Source: Gemmatimonadota bacterium
GTDB taxonomy: Bacteria > Gemmatimonadota > Gemmatimonadetes > Gemmatimonadales > GWC2-71-9
Direction: 5' to 3'
Assembly (NCBI GenBank): GCA_039591075.1
Contig: JBDHEI010000011.1
Location: 9,933 to 73,932, forward strand
Length of the DNA: 64,000 nucleotides
Under the pieces are notes generated by a model. It saw only the letters and a program-made list of their open reading frames with translations. It was not told the DNA's origin and searched no databases. Below, one piece after another: positions 46,377 through 57,389 of the stretch; position 1 is the stretch's first letter; every line of letters starts with the position of its first letter. The position numbers and the translations under genes are program-made.

Positions 46377-47831
46377 GTGGACGTTGCCGGTCTCAAACGA
46401 CGTGCGAGAGAGCTGGAGCGGCAGGGAAGGTATCGCGAGGCCCTTGCCTACTACCGGCACATCCTCACGGGACTGGAGGGCACGCCCGACCTGATCCCGG
46501 AGCTGCCTCTTTACGTCAAGGCCGGCGATCTGTTCCTCAAGCTCGACAACCTCAAGGCGGCCGTCTCGCTGTACGAGCGGGCCGGCAAGCTCTACGCGGC
46601 GCAGGGCTCGGCGAGGAGCGTGAGCGCGATCTGCGCCAAGGTGTTGCGAGTGATGCCCGAACGGCGGCGGGTATACCACAAGCTCGCCGGGATCATGCTC
46701 GAGAACGGACATGTCGGACCGGCGCGGACGGTGATCGAGGGGTACGTCGCCGAGCTTCACCTGCCGGCCGCCGACCGCGCCCTCGAGGCCCTTGGCGATG
46801 TCAGCGACGACGTGGCCCGGCCAGTGCTCGAAATGGTGCTGGACCTCGCCAAGCGTCACGAACGGGCCTCCGGCCAGATGGTCGCCGTCGAGCTTCCTGC
46901 TCCACCGCCTGAAGCGGAGCTGATCGAGCAGCCCGAGTCTCCGCAGCCACCCGAGCCTGAACTCGAGTCGAAGCCCGCGCCGGAGACCGTGGATCTCGTG
47001 CCGATCGGGCAGGAGGTCGTCCCCGAACACCCACCCGCCCCCGAACCGGTGACCGCCGTCCCCGAGGCGGACGAGGTGACTCGGCTGCCGGTCGCCGAGC
47101 CGGAACCGGAGTTGCAGGCCGTTGGATCCGACCTGAAGGCGGAACCGGAGACTCGCCCACCGGCCCGTGTGACCCCGCCGGGCCGGGCGCCGTACAGCGG
47201 TTCACTGGTGTTTGCGCCCGAAGGCCGACGGAAGCCAAGGCGGGGTCGTCTCTGGGCAGCGGTCGCGGCGGTCGGCGTTTTGGGGGTGGGCGGGGGATAC
47301 GCGCTGTTGTCCGGAGGTGAAACGGATCCGGTCGTGAGCTCGATCGTGATGCAGGCGGTGCCGGAATCGCTCGGGCCGCTGCCAACGCAACCCGAGACCA
47401 CCGGTGTTGTGGCATCCGATACCGCAGCAGCCGCGGCCCGCGGCACCACGGCCGCGCTCTTGCCACCAGCCCTCGTCGATACAGGCATTCCCGTGACGGC
47501 CGCGGTTCCGGACACTGGGCTCATCGGGAGAGCGATTATCGCCGTGGCCGGCCTGCCGATCGAGCGGATCTCCGATCTCACGGCGGATGAGCGTGCCGGG
47601 TACGAGGTGCTGCAGACGCTTCAAAATGGTCAGCGGCTGACGGTCGGGGTGCTGCCGTGGCGGGCCGCCGACACGGCGCGGCTTGGCCCCGTTCGGACGC
47701 GCGCGGACGGGGCAAGCGTCGGCTCCGTTCGCTTCGGGCGATACCTCGTGGACGTGACCGCCCGCGTCGACCCGGGCACCCTGCGTGATTTCATGGGCCG
47801 GCTAGTCGGACGCCGCGAGCCCGAACGGTGA
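46377..47831 (+). CDS. TPR-like N-terminal domain / Pro-Glu-rich linker / TM / C-terminal domain protein (hypothetical)
   Basis: Helical repeats (GRYREALAYYRHIL, LKAAVSLYERAGKLYAAQG). PE-rich low-complexity segment (PPPEAELIEQPESPQPPEPELESKPAPE). TM helix (LWAAVAAVGVLGVGGGYALL). Confidence 0.55.
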   Translation: MDVAGLKRRARELERQGRYREALAYYRHILTGLEGTPDLIPELPLYVKAGDLFLKLDNLKAAVSLYERAGKLYAAQGSARSVSAICAKVLRVMPERRRVYHKLAGIMLENGHVGPARTVIEGYVAELHLPAADRALEALGDVSDDVARPVLEMVLDLAKRHERASGQMVAVELPAPPPEAELIEQPESPQPPEPELESKPAPETVDLVPIGQEVVPEHPPAPEPVTAVPEADEVTRLPVAEPEPELQAVGSDLKAEPETRPPARVTPPGRAPYSGSLVFAPEGRRKPRRGRLWAAVAAVGVLGVGGGYALLSGGETDPVVSSIVMQAVPESLGPLPTQPETTGVVASDTAAAAARGTTAALLPPALVDTGIPVTAAVPDTGLIGRAIIAVAGLPIERISDLTADERAGYEVLQTLQNGQRLTVGVLPWRAADTARLGPVRTRADGASVGSVRFGRYLVDVTARVDPGTLRDFMGRLVGRREPER

Positions 47832-47880
47832 CCATGTAGGCGTCGTCTCGGGGTCGAAACCACTTCACAGGGAGGAATCC

Positions 47881-48321
47881 ATGGCTCAGGCCAGGCCGCT
47901 GACCTACGCCACCCATCGCAAGTACGTCCCCTTCTATCACTTCGTCGCCGCGTTCCTGCTACTCGTCAACCTGGTGTACGCGAGTTGGAAACTCGTGGGG
48001 GACTTCTCGCTCGATCGCGGCGCGTACTTTGTAACTGGGATCGCCATCGTCATCGTCTATCTCTACACCCGCACGTTTCCCCTGGGCGTGCAGGACCGGC
48101 TGATCCGGCTCGAGGAACAGCTGCGGTTCCAACGCGTGCTCCCGGTCTCGATGCACCCGCGGATTCCCGAGTTCACCGTCGCTCAGCTCATTGCGCTGCG
48201 CTTTGCAGCGGACGCCGAGCTGCCGGCGCTCGCCCAGCAGGTGCTCGACGAGAACCTGCGGGATCGCGAGGAGATCAAGAAGCGGATCACGACCTGGCGG
48301 CCTGATGGCCTCCGCATCTGA
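47881..48321 (+). CDS. two-TM membrane protein (DUF6526-like, from memory)
   Basis: GGGAGGAATCC precedes ATG 47881. Two TM helices (FYHFVAAFLLLVNLVYASW, AYFVTGIAIVIVYLY) and a soluble tail. Confidence 0.55.
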   Translation: MAQARPLTYATHRKYVPFYHFVAAFLLLVNLVYASWKLVGDFSLDRGAYFVTGIAIVIVYLYTRTFPLGVQDRLIRLEEQLRFQRVLPVSMHPRIPEFTVAQLIALRFAADAELPALAQQVLDENLRDREEIKKRITTWRPDGLRI

Positions 48322-48469
48322 GGGCGGGATCGCCGGGATGGACGTCGTGAGGAGATGCGCCACGCGAACTCGAGGATGGACGCTGCGGATTCCCGTTCAC
48401 GCCTTCTTCATAGCCACTTCACACTGGGGGGGGCACGTTGCCGTACAACTCCGGTGAAGCGAGGCGATC

Positions 48470-48661
48470 GTGGCGGACAAGTGTATCACCCTGCGACTCA
48501 CCGAGACCCAGCGGCGCGCAGTTCGGGACATCCTCGGCCATGACGTCGAGGCGTTGACCATTCCCGTGGACGAGTTGGGGGAGCGAGCGATCGTGCCGGA
48601 AGAGGTCTCGCAGACCGACGAGGATGCTGTGGTGTGGGAGTGCCTCAACCCGTATCCTTGA
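48470..48661 (+). CDS. small acidic hypothetical protein
   Basis: 63-aa ORF (GTG start) ending 20 nt before a strong intrinsic terminator, which supports a real transcription unit. Confidence 0.45.
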   Translation: MADKCITLRLTETQRRAVRDILGHDVEALTIPVDELGERAIVPEEVSQTDEDAVVWECLNPYP

Positions 48662-48681
48662 GTGAGACCTAGGACCGCTTT

Positions 48682-48709
48682 GAACGCCCGGCACACGCCG
48701 GGCGTTTTT
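48682..48709 (+). terminator. rho-independent terminator
   Basis: AACGCCCGGC-acac-GCCGGGCGTT, a perfect 10-bp stem, followed by TTTCGTGTGTT. Confidence 0.8.
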
Positions 48710-48792
48710 CGTGTGTTACACCGCTCGTGGTCGACGGTTGCGCCGGGTGGATTCGGCGCCATTATGAAGAAGGACGCACCCGAGGTCGGATC

Positions 48793-49593
48793 ATGAGACG
48801 ACTCGGATCGTTTCACCCAAGCCCCTGTGGGGGGGTGCTGGCGTTCGCGATCGTGGTGGGTGCTCTTCCAGCCGTCGCGCAGGAACCCCGCGAGCCATTC
48901 CCACCTGGGGTTACGGATTCCGTCATCCAACGGGGCAGCGTGGTGTTCCGCGGATCCGCTCGGTGCGATGTGTGCCACGGCGCCGACGCGCACGGCACCG
49001 AAGACGGCCCGGATCTCACCGACGACAAATGGCTCCGGGGCGAGGGCACGTTCAGCGAGATCCTCGATCGTGTCTTGCACGGCATGCCACGCCGGGATGC
49101 CAAGACCGGAAAGCCCATGCCCATGCGCGGCTGGGAGCTGGTGAGCGACGATGACGCGCGTGCCGTGGCGGCGTATGTGTGGAGCCTTAGTCGAGGGCGC
49201 GGTCCCGGGGGCGCCGCGCTCACACTCTTAGGATTTCCATTTTCATGGGAGGGTGCCGCTCTCCGCCGGGTCGTCATGCCGATCGGTCATCGAGGCCTGC
49301 AACAGCTGCCGAAACAGACGCAGCTGCACAGGCGTGTCCCACTCGCGTGCACCAATCTCTCGCTTCGCGATGACGCCGCGGCTGTCGATGATGAAGCTCT
49401 CCGGGACCCCCGTAGTTTGGTAGACGCGCTCGATACGGCCGGCCGGGTCGTGCAAGACGGTGAAGGTGAGGCCGCGCTGTTGTACCCAGTCAAGCACCTT
49501 CTTGGAGCTGCTCCGGTCGATGCTCACGGCCACGATCCTGAGGCCTTGAGAGGACAGCGCCTCGTGCAGTCGCTGCATGGACGGCATCTCTAG
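48793..49593 (+). CDS. c-type cytochrome (3' end doubtful)
   Basis: Signal (MRRLGSFHPSPCGGVLAFAIVVGALPAVAQ). Heme motif CDVCH. Cytochrome-c-like ending ...ARAVAAYVWSL by about 49190. The frame then stays open to 49593, running antisense through the TlpA-like gene. Confidence 0.55.
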   Translation: MRRLGSFHPSPCGGVLAFAIVVGALPAVAQEPREPFPPGVTDSVIQRGSVVFRGSARCDVCHGADAHGTEDGPDLTDDKWLRGEGTFSEILDRVLHGMPRRDAKTGKPMPMRGWELVSDDDARAVAAYVWSLSRGRGPGGAALTLLGFPFSWEGAALRRVVMPIGHRGLQQLPKQTQLHRRVPLACTNLSLRDDAAAVDDEALRDPRSLVDALDTAGRVVQDGEGEAALLYPVKHLLGAAPVDAHGHDPEALRGQRLVQSLHGRHL

Positions 49594-49899
49594 CTCGCAC
49601 GGTTTGCACCAGGTAGCCCAGACATTCAGGAGCACCACGTAGCCCCGGAAGTCCGCCAAGCGCACGGTGTCGCCGGTCCTGACGTCACTGGCCTGGATTG
49701 CCGGCGCCTTCCGTCCGGGGACGACACCCCCTGAGTCGGTGGTGACGGAGAGCGCCGCTCCGAGCGCGAGTCCCAGAGTGAACACGATGACGGTGACCGT
49801 GATCCATCTGGCGCGGGCGGGTCTCGGGGGACCGCCTCCCTCCCTCCGCAGAGGTGAAGACTCGGAACGGTCGTGCTCGAACGTCATCGGATCTCCCAA
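49243..49899 (-). CDS. TlpA/ResA-family thiol:disulfide oxidoreductase (membrane-anchored thioredoxin fold)
   Basis: TM anchor (WITVTVIVFTLGLALGAAL). VVLLNVWATWCKPCELEMP (WCxxC active site). GVPESFIIDSRG (cis-Pro region). Confidence 0.8.
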   Translation of the reverse strand: MGDPMTFEHDRSESSPLRREGGGPPRPARARWITVTVIVFTLGLALGAALSVTTDSGGVVPGRKAPAIQASDVRTGDTVRLADFRGYVVLLNVWATWCKPCELEMPSMQRLHEALSSQGLRIVAVSIDRSSSKKVLDWVQQRGLTFTVLHDPAGRIERVYQTTGVPESFIIDSRGVIAKREIGAREWDTPVQLRLFRQLLQASMTDRHDDPAESGTLP

Positions 49900-50022
49900 C
49901 GAGGGGCGTACCGTGGGACCGTCACCACCCGTACCTGTTTCATCTCTCGCACCGCCTTGCGCTGGCGTCGGTGCTCCACCGCAGCGTGCAGAACCGCTAA
50001 CCGATGTCTCCCCAGGATTCTC

Positions 50023-50550
50023 CTACGCCGTAGCGAACGTGAAGACCATGCCGTAGGTCCCGTTCGCATGCTGCCAGCCGGGGCCGGTCATGTCGTTCAT
50101 CATCATGCCACCCTGCATGGACCGCTGGTCCATCATCTGCTGGGTGACCCAGCTGCCGCCCATGCCCGGCCCATGCTGCTCGAGATCGATCACATGTCCG
50201 TCGGCGTCCATCATGGCGCCACCGATGTGAAGGGTGTAGCTCATCCCGGACTCGAGCGGCATCGCGGGGGTGAACGTGAGACTGGTCCGGTCGGCGGACC
50301 AGCTCCAGGTACCGTCGACGAGCGGCCCGGCAACGTCGGCGCCCCGGTGCAGCGCCACATACATCGTCATCTGCATCGGACCGCCGAACTGCATGGTAAT
50401 CCCGGTCTGTGGATCGACGCCCGTCTCCCCCCCTGTTGGGGAAACCGAGAGGAGCGTGGTTGGCGCCGTCGTGGGTGCTGTCGCGTCGCTGCATCCCAGC
50501 CCGAACCCCGCTGCCCCCAGGGTGGTGAGGAGAATGGTACGTGTCTTCAT
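50023..50550 (-). CDS. Ig-like-domain lipoprotein with Met-rich C-terminal segment (putative periplasmic Cu(I)-binding protein)
   Basis: ATG 50550. Lipobox FGLGC. Big/SbsA-Ig-like segment (LLSVSPTGGETGVDPQTGITMQF...TWSWSADRTSLTFTPAMPLESGMSYTLHI). Met-rich tail (PGMGGSWVTQQMMDQRSMQGGMMMNDM). The copper-binding function is inference. Confidence 0.6.
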   Translation of the reverse strand: MKTRTILLTTLGAAGFGLGCSDATAPTTAPTTLLSVSPTGGETGVDPQTGITMQFGGPMQMTMYVALHRGADVAGPLVDGTWSWSADRTSLTFTPAMPLESGMSYTLHIGGAMMDADGHVIDLEQHGPGMGGSWVTQQMMDQRSMQGGMMMNDMTGPGWQHANGTYGMVFTFATA

Positions 50551-50570
50551 GTGGAATCGTCGCTCCTTCT

Positions 50571-50921
50571 CTACCGCAGGGCCTCGAGCCCTGTGGTGCC
50601 GTTGATGATTTTGGTGACGCCGAGCACGGGGCGGACAGATACGATCCCGTCTCCCTGGCGTCCGGTACGCGCGGCGCGGGCGATCAGTTCGGTGAACATC
50701 TCGCACCGCTCCCCGCCGCAGATGAATTGGATCTCGGCTTTGTCCGAGTACGCCGAACCCTCCTCGAGCGAGAGCCGCTCTGTCGCTGGATCGACCCCGG
50801 CACCGATGGCGTGCACGCGGGTGACTGTGAGCCGAGGAAGTCCAGATTCCTTCAGGGTCCGGACCACGCGGTCGAGCATCTCCGGACGCACAATTGCGCG
50901 GATCTCCACCATGTCGCTCAT
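50571..50921 (-). CDS. P-II (GlnB)-like protein embedded in the metal-efflux operon
   Basis: MVEIRAIVRPEMLDRVVRTLKESGLPRLTVTRVHAIG ... ARTGRQGDGIVSVRPV aligns by eye with the P-II fold (compare IEAIIKPFKLDDVKEAL...GKIGDGKIFV). The T-loop is divergent. TAGGAGG precedes the ATG. Confidence 0.7.
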   Translation of the reverse strand: MSDMVEIRAIVRPEMLDRVVRTLKESGLPRLTVTRVHAIGAGVDPATERLSLEEGSAYSDKAEIQFICGGERCEMFTELIARAARTGRQGDGIVSVRPVLGVTKIINGTTGLEALR

Positions 50922-50933
50922 GACTGAGGCCTC

Positions 50934-53900
50934 CTAATCCGGGGGAGCCAACGCGAGGTCGTCGCGCAGGGCCTCCCGTGCGCCGATCTCCGGCCGGCGG
51001 TGTACTTGCCAGCGCCGCCACAGGAGATAGATCGCCGGAATCACGACAAGGGTGAGAACCGTTGCCGTGATCATTCCGCCCACCATCGGCGAAGCGATGC
51101 GCTTCATGACATCGGCACCGGTGCCGGCGCTCCACATAATGGGTGCCAGCCCGGCGATGATCGCTGTCACGGTCATGATCACCGGGCGCAGACGCTCGAG
51201 CGCGCCCTCGCGCACCGCGTCGGCGACATCCGCCGCAGTGCGCATCCGGCCGTCGAGGCTTCGGCGGTGGAATGCCTCGTCGAGGTAGATGAGCATCACC
51301 ACTCCGGTCTCAGCGGCGACCCCGGCGAGGGCGATGAAACCGACCCAGACCGCGACGCTCGTGTTGTAGCCTAACAGCCACAGAAACCAAATGCCGCCCA
51401 CCAGCGAGAAGGGCAGCGCGAGCATGACGATGAGGGATTCCGCAACGCCACGGAAGTTGAGGTACAACAAGAGGAAGATGATTCCTAGCGTCACGGGAAC
51501 CACGAGCTTCAGTTTCTGCGTCACCCGCTGCATGAACTCGTACTGGCCACTCCAAACGACCGTGTATCCCGTGGGAAGAGCGAGTTGTTGGGAGACGACA
51601 CGCTGCGCGTCGCGCACGTAGCTGCCGACGTCGACACCCTCGATGTCGACGAACACCGTCGTCACCGGGAACGCGTTCTCGGTCTTTACGGCCATGGGGC
51701 CCTGAAGGAACTCGATCTTCGCGATTTGCCCCAGAGGGATCTGCGTGCCTCGCATCGTCGGCACGAGCACATCTCGCAACTGCTCCACATCGCCACGCAG
51801 CTCCCGAGGGTATCGCACGTTGACCGCATAACGCTCGCGCCCCTCTACCGTCACCGCGGCATCCATGCCGCCGACTGTGGCCATGATGGCGGAATGGACG
51901 TCGCCCACGTTGAGTCCATAGCGGGCGGCGAGCTCCCGATCGATGTCGATATCCACGTAGTACCCGGACACTCCTCGTTCGGCGAACGCGCTCCGCGTGC
52001 CGGGGACGTCCTGCATGATGCGTTCGACCCGCTCCCCCAGCGCCTGGAGCGTGTCGAGATCCGGGCCGAAGATCTTGATGCCAACCGCGGTGCGGACCCC
52101 CGTCGCGAGCATGTCGATACGCCCCTTGATCGGCATGGTCCAGGCGTTTGTCACTCCTGGCATCTGTACGGCGCGGTCCATCTCAGCAATGAGCCGATTG
52201 TAACTCATCCCCTTGCGCCACTGCTCTTCGGGTCTGAGCGTGATCGTCGTCTCGAACATGTCCAGCGGTGCCGGGTCTGTGGCCGTCGTGGCGCGACCCG
52301 CCTTGCCGAGTACGGTCTCCACTTCGGGAAAGGACGCGAGGACGCTGTCCTGCCATCGCATCATCTCCCGCGCCTGCGCGATCGACACGCCCGGCACCGT
52401 GGTGGGCATGAACAGAACCGATCCTTCGTGCAGCTCTGGCATGAACTCGCTGCCCAGACGCTGCCACGGAAGCGCTGTGGCAGCGAGAACCACGACCGCC
52501 CCCGCCACCACGACCCACGGCCGGCGAACCGCGAACGCGATGATGGGGCGGTAGACCCAGCGGAGCGCTCGGTTCAGCGGATTTCGACCTTCGGGTCGGA
52601 TCTTCCCCTTGATCAGGTACCCCATGAGAACCGGGACGAGCGTGATCGAAAGAAAGGCGGAACCGGCCATGGCGAACGTCTTCGTGAACGCCAGCGGCTT
52701 GAACAGCCGTCCCTCCTGCTGCTCCAGTGAGAAGACCGGTAGGAAGCTGAACGTGATGATAAGGAGGGAGAAGAAGAGCGGTGGGCCAACCTGCTTCGCG
52801 CTCTCCAGTACGATCTCCCACTGCGACCGTCCCTCGCCGGCCGCTCGTTCGAGGTGCTTGTGCATGTTCTCGATCATCACGATCGCGGCATCCACCATCG
52901 CCCCGAGGGCAATCGCGATTCCGCCCAGGCTCATGATGTTGGCGTTCACCCCGATCATGCGCATCACGATGAACGAGATCAGGATACCCAAGGGCAGGGT
53001 AATGATCGCCACGAGCGCCGATCGCGCGTGCAGCAGGAACAGCACGGCGACCGCCGCAATGATGAGCGATTCCTCGATCAGCTTGTCCCGAAGGTTGTCG
53101 ATGGCCCGGTGGATGAGGTCGCTGCGGTCGTAGGCCGTTCGAATGTGCACCCCAGCCGGCAAGCCCTGCTGGATGGTGACGATGCGCTCCTTGACCGCCT
53201 CGATGGTCTTGAGTGCGTCGGAGCCGAATCGCATCACGACGATGCCCGCGACCGCCTCGCCGCGCCCGTTCCAGTCGGCGGCGCCGCGCCGCGGCGCGGG
53301 TCCGATCTGCACGTTCGCGACGTCCGCGACCCGGATGGGTGTCCCATCCATGGTGGCGCCGACGGTGACGTTCTCGATGTCCGGAATGCCCTTGAGATAG
53401 CCCAGGCCGCGGATCATGTACTCGCGACCGCTCATCTCGAGCACACGCGCGCCGATGTCGACGTTGTGGGCTGCGATCGCGCTGACGACTCGCATGACCG
53501 GGATGTCGAACGCCCGTAACCGCTCGGGGTTTACCTCGACCTGGTATTGCCTGACGAACCCGCCGACGCTCGCCACCTCTGAGACACCCGGCACGGAGGT
53601 GAGCTGATACCGGATGTACCAGTCCTGGAGCGTGCGAAGCTCTGCCAGGTCCAGGCTGTCCGACTCCAACACGTACTCGAAGACCCAGCCTACTCCGGTG
53701 GCATCGGGCCCCAGCGTGGGCTCGACCCCCGGGGGCAGCTGCTGGCGGATGCCGTTCAGGTACTCGAGCACCCGGGAACGCGCCCAGTAGATGTCGGTGC
53801 CGTCCTCGAAGATCACGTACACAAGGCTCAGGCCGAAGAACGAGAATGCCCGCACCACCCGCGCCCCAGGCACCTTGAGCATCTCCGACGCAATCGGGTA

Positions 53901-54090
53901 CGTGATCTGGTCTTCGACGATCTCCGGAGCTTGCTCGCTGAAGTCTGTCTGCACGATCACCTGGACGTCCGAGAGATCGGGGATGGCGTCCAGCGGAGTG
54001 GTCCGCATGGCCCACACACCAGCACCGATCAGGCCCGCGGTGGCCAGGAGCACGAGGCCGCGGTTGCGGAGCGACCACGCGATGACCGCG

Positions 54091-54098
<8 letters not shown>
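50934..54098 (-). CDS. cusA: CusA-type heavy-metal efflux RND permease (HME-RND, Cu/Ag class)
   Basis: MINAVIAWSLRNRGLVLL... About 1054 aa with the 12-TM RND layout. The TM4 signature GGIAIALGAMVDAAIVMIENMHK matches the monovalent-metal (CusA) motif rather than the CzcA DFG..VD motif. ATG 54098 overlaps the cusB stop (ATGATTAA). The track ORF extension upstream through the poly-G tract is rejected. Confidence 0.95.
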
Positions 54099-55280
<1,182 letters not shown>

Positions 55281-55284
<4 letters not shown>

Positions 55285-56561
55285 TGCGTACCTCCCAGGT
55301 CCCCGGCCACCAGCGCCTCGAGGGCGGCAACAGCGCTGTGATACTCGGCTGCCAGCCTGACGGACTCGATCTCGTATCGGTTGACGGTCATCTCGTTCTC
55401 CACCAGTGTCATGTAATCGACGCGCCCAACTCGGTATGCAGAAAGCGCCGACTCGACTGCGGCCCGCGCCTGTGGCAGCACACTGTTGGCGTACAGGTCT
55501 GCCAGGTTCCGAGCCCGCTCGGCGTCTGCCCGTAGCTCCGTGACCTCCGCGAACGTCTCGTTGTAGAGGTCCTGCTCCATCGCCTCCTCCATGGTTCGCA
55601 TCGCCGCCATCTCGCGGCGCATCGGGAGCTGCCGCGCGCCAGCCCACAGCGGAATGCTCACTCCAACCATGAGTGTGGCCATGTCGTCGAACTGCGGACG
55701 CTGCCCGTAGCCGACGGTCACCATGAACTCGGGGTAGAGTTCGCGGCGCGCCTGCCGATAGCCGGCCTCAGCGGCTTCGACTCGGGCGCGGGCAGCGTGG
55801 AGGGCGGGCCGCGACTGTACTGCCAGCGTCATGAGGGAGTCGACGGACGGGAGCGCATCGCCGGGAGCCGGCAACTCCAACGCCGGGATCGCGGTCGTCG
55901 CCTCCCGCCCAAGAAGCGCATTGAGCCGCGCTCCCATGGCCACCCGGTCCTGCTCCATCACCGTGATGTCCTCGGTCATTCGCGCCACCGTGATTTGGGC
56001 CTGGAGGACGTCCTGCTGGAGACCGCTGCCCACGGTGTACATCGTCGTGGAGACGTCGAGGAAGTTCCGCAGCAGCTCCCGGGTGTCCCGCATTACGTCC
56101 AGCGCCCGGTCCATGAAGGCGAGGCGGTTGTAGATGCCCGTCACGCGCGCCACCAAGCTCCGCTCAATCTCTTCGGCGTCGAGCGCTTCGGCAGTGGCCA
56201 GATGGCGTGCCCGCTCTTGCTTGAATCCGAGTTGCCCCGGCCATGGGAAGCGCTGCGTGAGCTGTACCGAGTTCATCGTCATCGGCTCACTGGTCCCGAA
56301 TCCGCCGACCGGGCGATTCATGAGACTGAACGACAGCTGGGGATCAGGCAGGGCGCCCGCCTGCGGCACGCGTTCGGCGGCGGCATCGGCCCTGAGCCGC
56401 GCGGCGCGCAGCATCGGGTTGGCGTCACGAACCAGGGCCACGGCGTCGGCCAACTGCAGCGTGTCGGACGACACCTGCTGTGCCGCTCCGGGATTCGTAC
56501 CGCCAAGGAGTGCGACGATCAGCGCACCCGTCACCTGCCAGGTTAGGTGCCCGGGCGCCAT
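55281..56561 (-). CDS. cusC: TolC/CusC-family outer-membrane efflux protein
   Basis: Two-repeat OEP pattern (LADAVALVRDANPMLRAARLRADAA...; LMTLAVQSRPALHAARARVEAAEAGYRQARRE...). The start is taken at ATG 56561 (GGAGAGG 4 nt upstream; signal MAPGHLTWQVTGALIVALLGGTNPGAAQQ). Alternative starts are 56606 and 56633. Confidence 0.8.
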
Positions 56562-56961
56562 CGGTCCTCTCCGCTCGTCCAGGATGCCGATCTCTGTGTT
56601 CTTCATGTCAGGCCGAGTCTCTTGGTTATCCAACGTCGTCGGTAGGTCGTCGGTGGTCTCGGTAATCTAGGCGATGTGGGCAGAACCTCGGGTCGCGTCG
56701 CTGTTCCTCGGATTCGGCCATGCGACACGGCCCGCCAGCCCTGCCCACACCCATCTCTCCTCGCCTACCATCCGCGGCTCTGTTGGGCAGACTTCGGGCC
56801 GCTCGGTGGCACGGTGGCTAACGTGTTGAAAGACCTGGAGTTGCAGTGTTCCGCCGCGGCGCGCGACTGCGCGAATTCGCGTGGCCCCACGCACTTGGTG
56901 AGGGAAATGCCCCGCCCGCTATCCGTGTGGGGAAGCTTGGAACCCTCCCACTCACCTAACG

Positions 56962-57252
56962 CTAGGGATTGGCGGCATACCACGGGGCGGGCGGGCGCTC
57001 AACGGCATAGCCTCGGGCCTCGATCGCCTGCAGGATCTCGACGGCGGTGGTCGCCCACGGGTCGAACGTGAGGACGACTCGCTCCGTGACCGGATTGACG
57101 GTCACATCTACCACCCCCGGTAGCTCACGGACGCGCTTGGCCAAAGTCGCTGCGGCCGCCGCGCACGGGAGATCGGACACCCGGAACACGACGCGGACGA
57201 CCTGCACCGCTCCTGCACGTTTGTTGGGTGACTCCCCGTGCGGCAATCTCAT
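56962..57252 (-). CDS. HMA (CopZ-like) fold protein with degenerate metal-binding motif
   Basis: VVRVVFRVSDLPCAAAAATLAKRVRELPGVVDVTVNPVTERVVLTFDP...ILQAIEARGYAVE aligns by eye with the CopZ beta-alpha-beta-beta-alpha-beta pattern. GMxCxxC is replaced by DLPCAAA, leaving a single Cys. Confidence 0.5.
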   Translation of the reverse strand: MRLPHGESPNKRAGAVQVVRVVFRVSDLPCAAAAATLAKRVRELPGVVDVTVNPVTERVVLTFDPWATTAVEILQAIEARGYAVERPPAPWYAANP

Positions 57253-57321
57253 GGCAGCCTCCAGACAACGTGAATCGCCCCGCGGACGGGACCGGGCCTT
57301 GCACCCTGACCTCTAGGACAG

Positions 57322-57336
57322 GCAACTTGGGAGCCA
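57322..57336 (-). promoter_or_regulatory. predicted sigma-54 (-24/-12) promoter reading toward the HMA-like gene and cusCBA
   Basis: The minus strand reads TGGCTCccaagTTGC: GG-N10-GC spacing is exact, with one mismatch to TGGCAC-N5-TTGC. About 70 nt upstream of ATG 57252 and divergent from the kinase/sigma-54 activator pair. Confidence 0.45.
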
Positions 57337-57389
57337 CGGTCGATGAAAGCCGACTCGTCAGTGGCGCAAGGAGTTACGCCATCTCAGAC

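Noticed and set aside
56807-56812. TGGCAC hexamers on the plus strand at 56807 and at 27580, considered as sigma-54 -24 elements.
   Set aside because: The sequence 5 nt downstream is CTAA (at 56807) or CCGG (at 27580) rather than TTGC. No plus-strand gene is suitably placed downstream either.
56833-56844. A 12-mer CCTGGAGTTGCA shared between 29333-29344 (within the predicted sigma-54 promoter) and the cus-island gap, considered as a second copy of that promoter.
   Set aside because: At the second site the -24 position reads AAGACC, not TGGCAC-like, so it does not form a -24/-12 promoter. The shared 12-mer may be coincidence.
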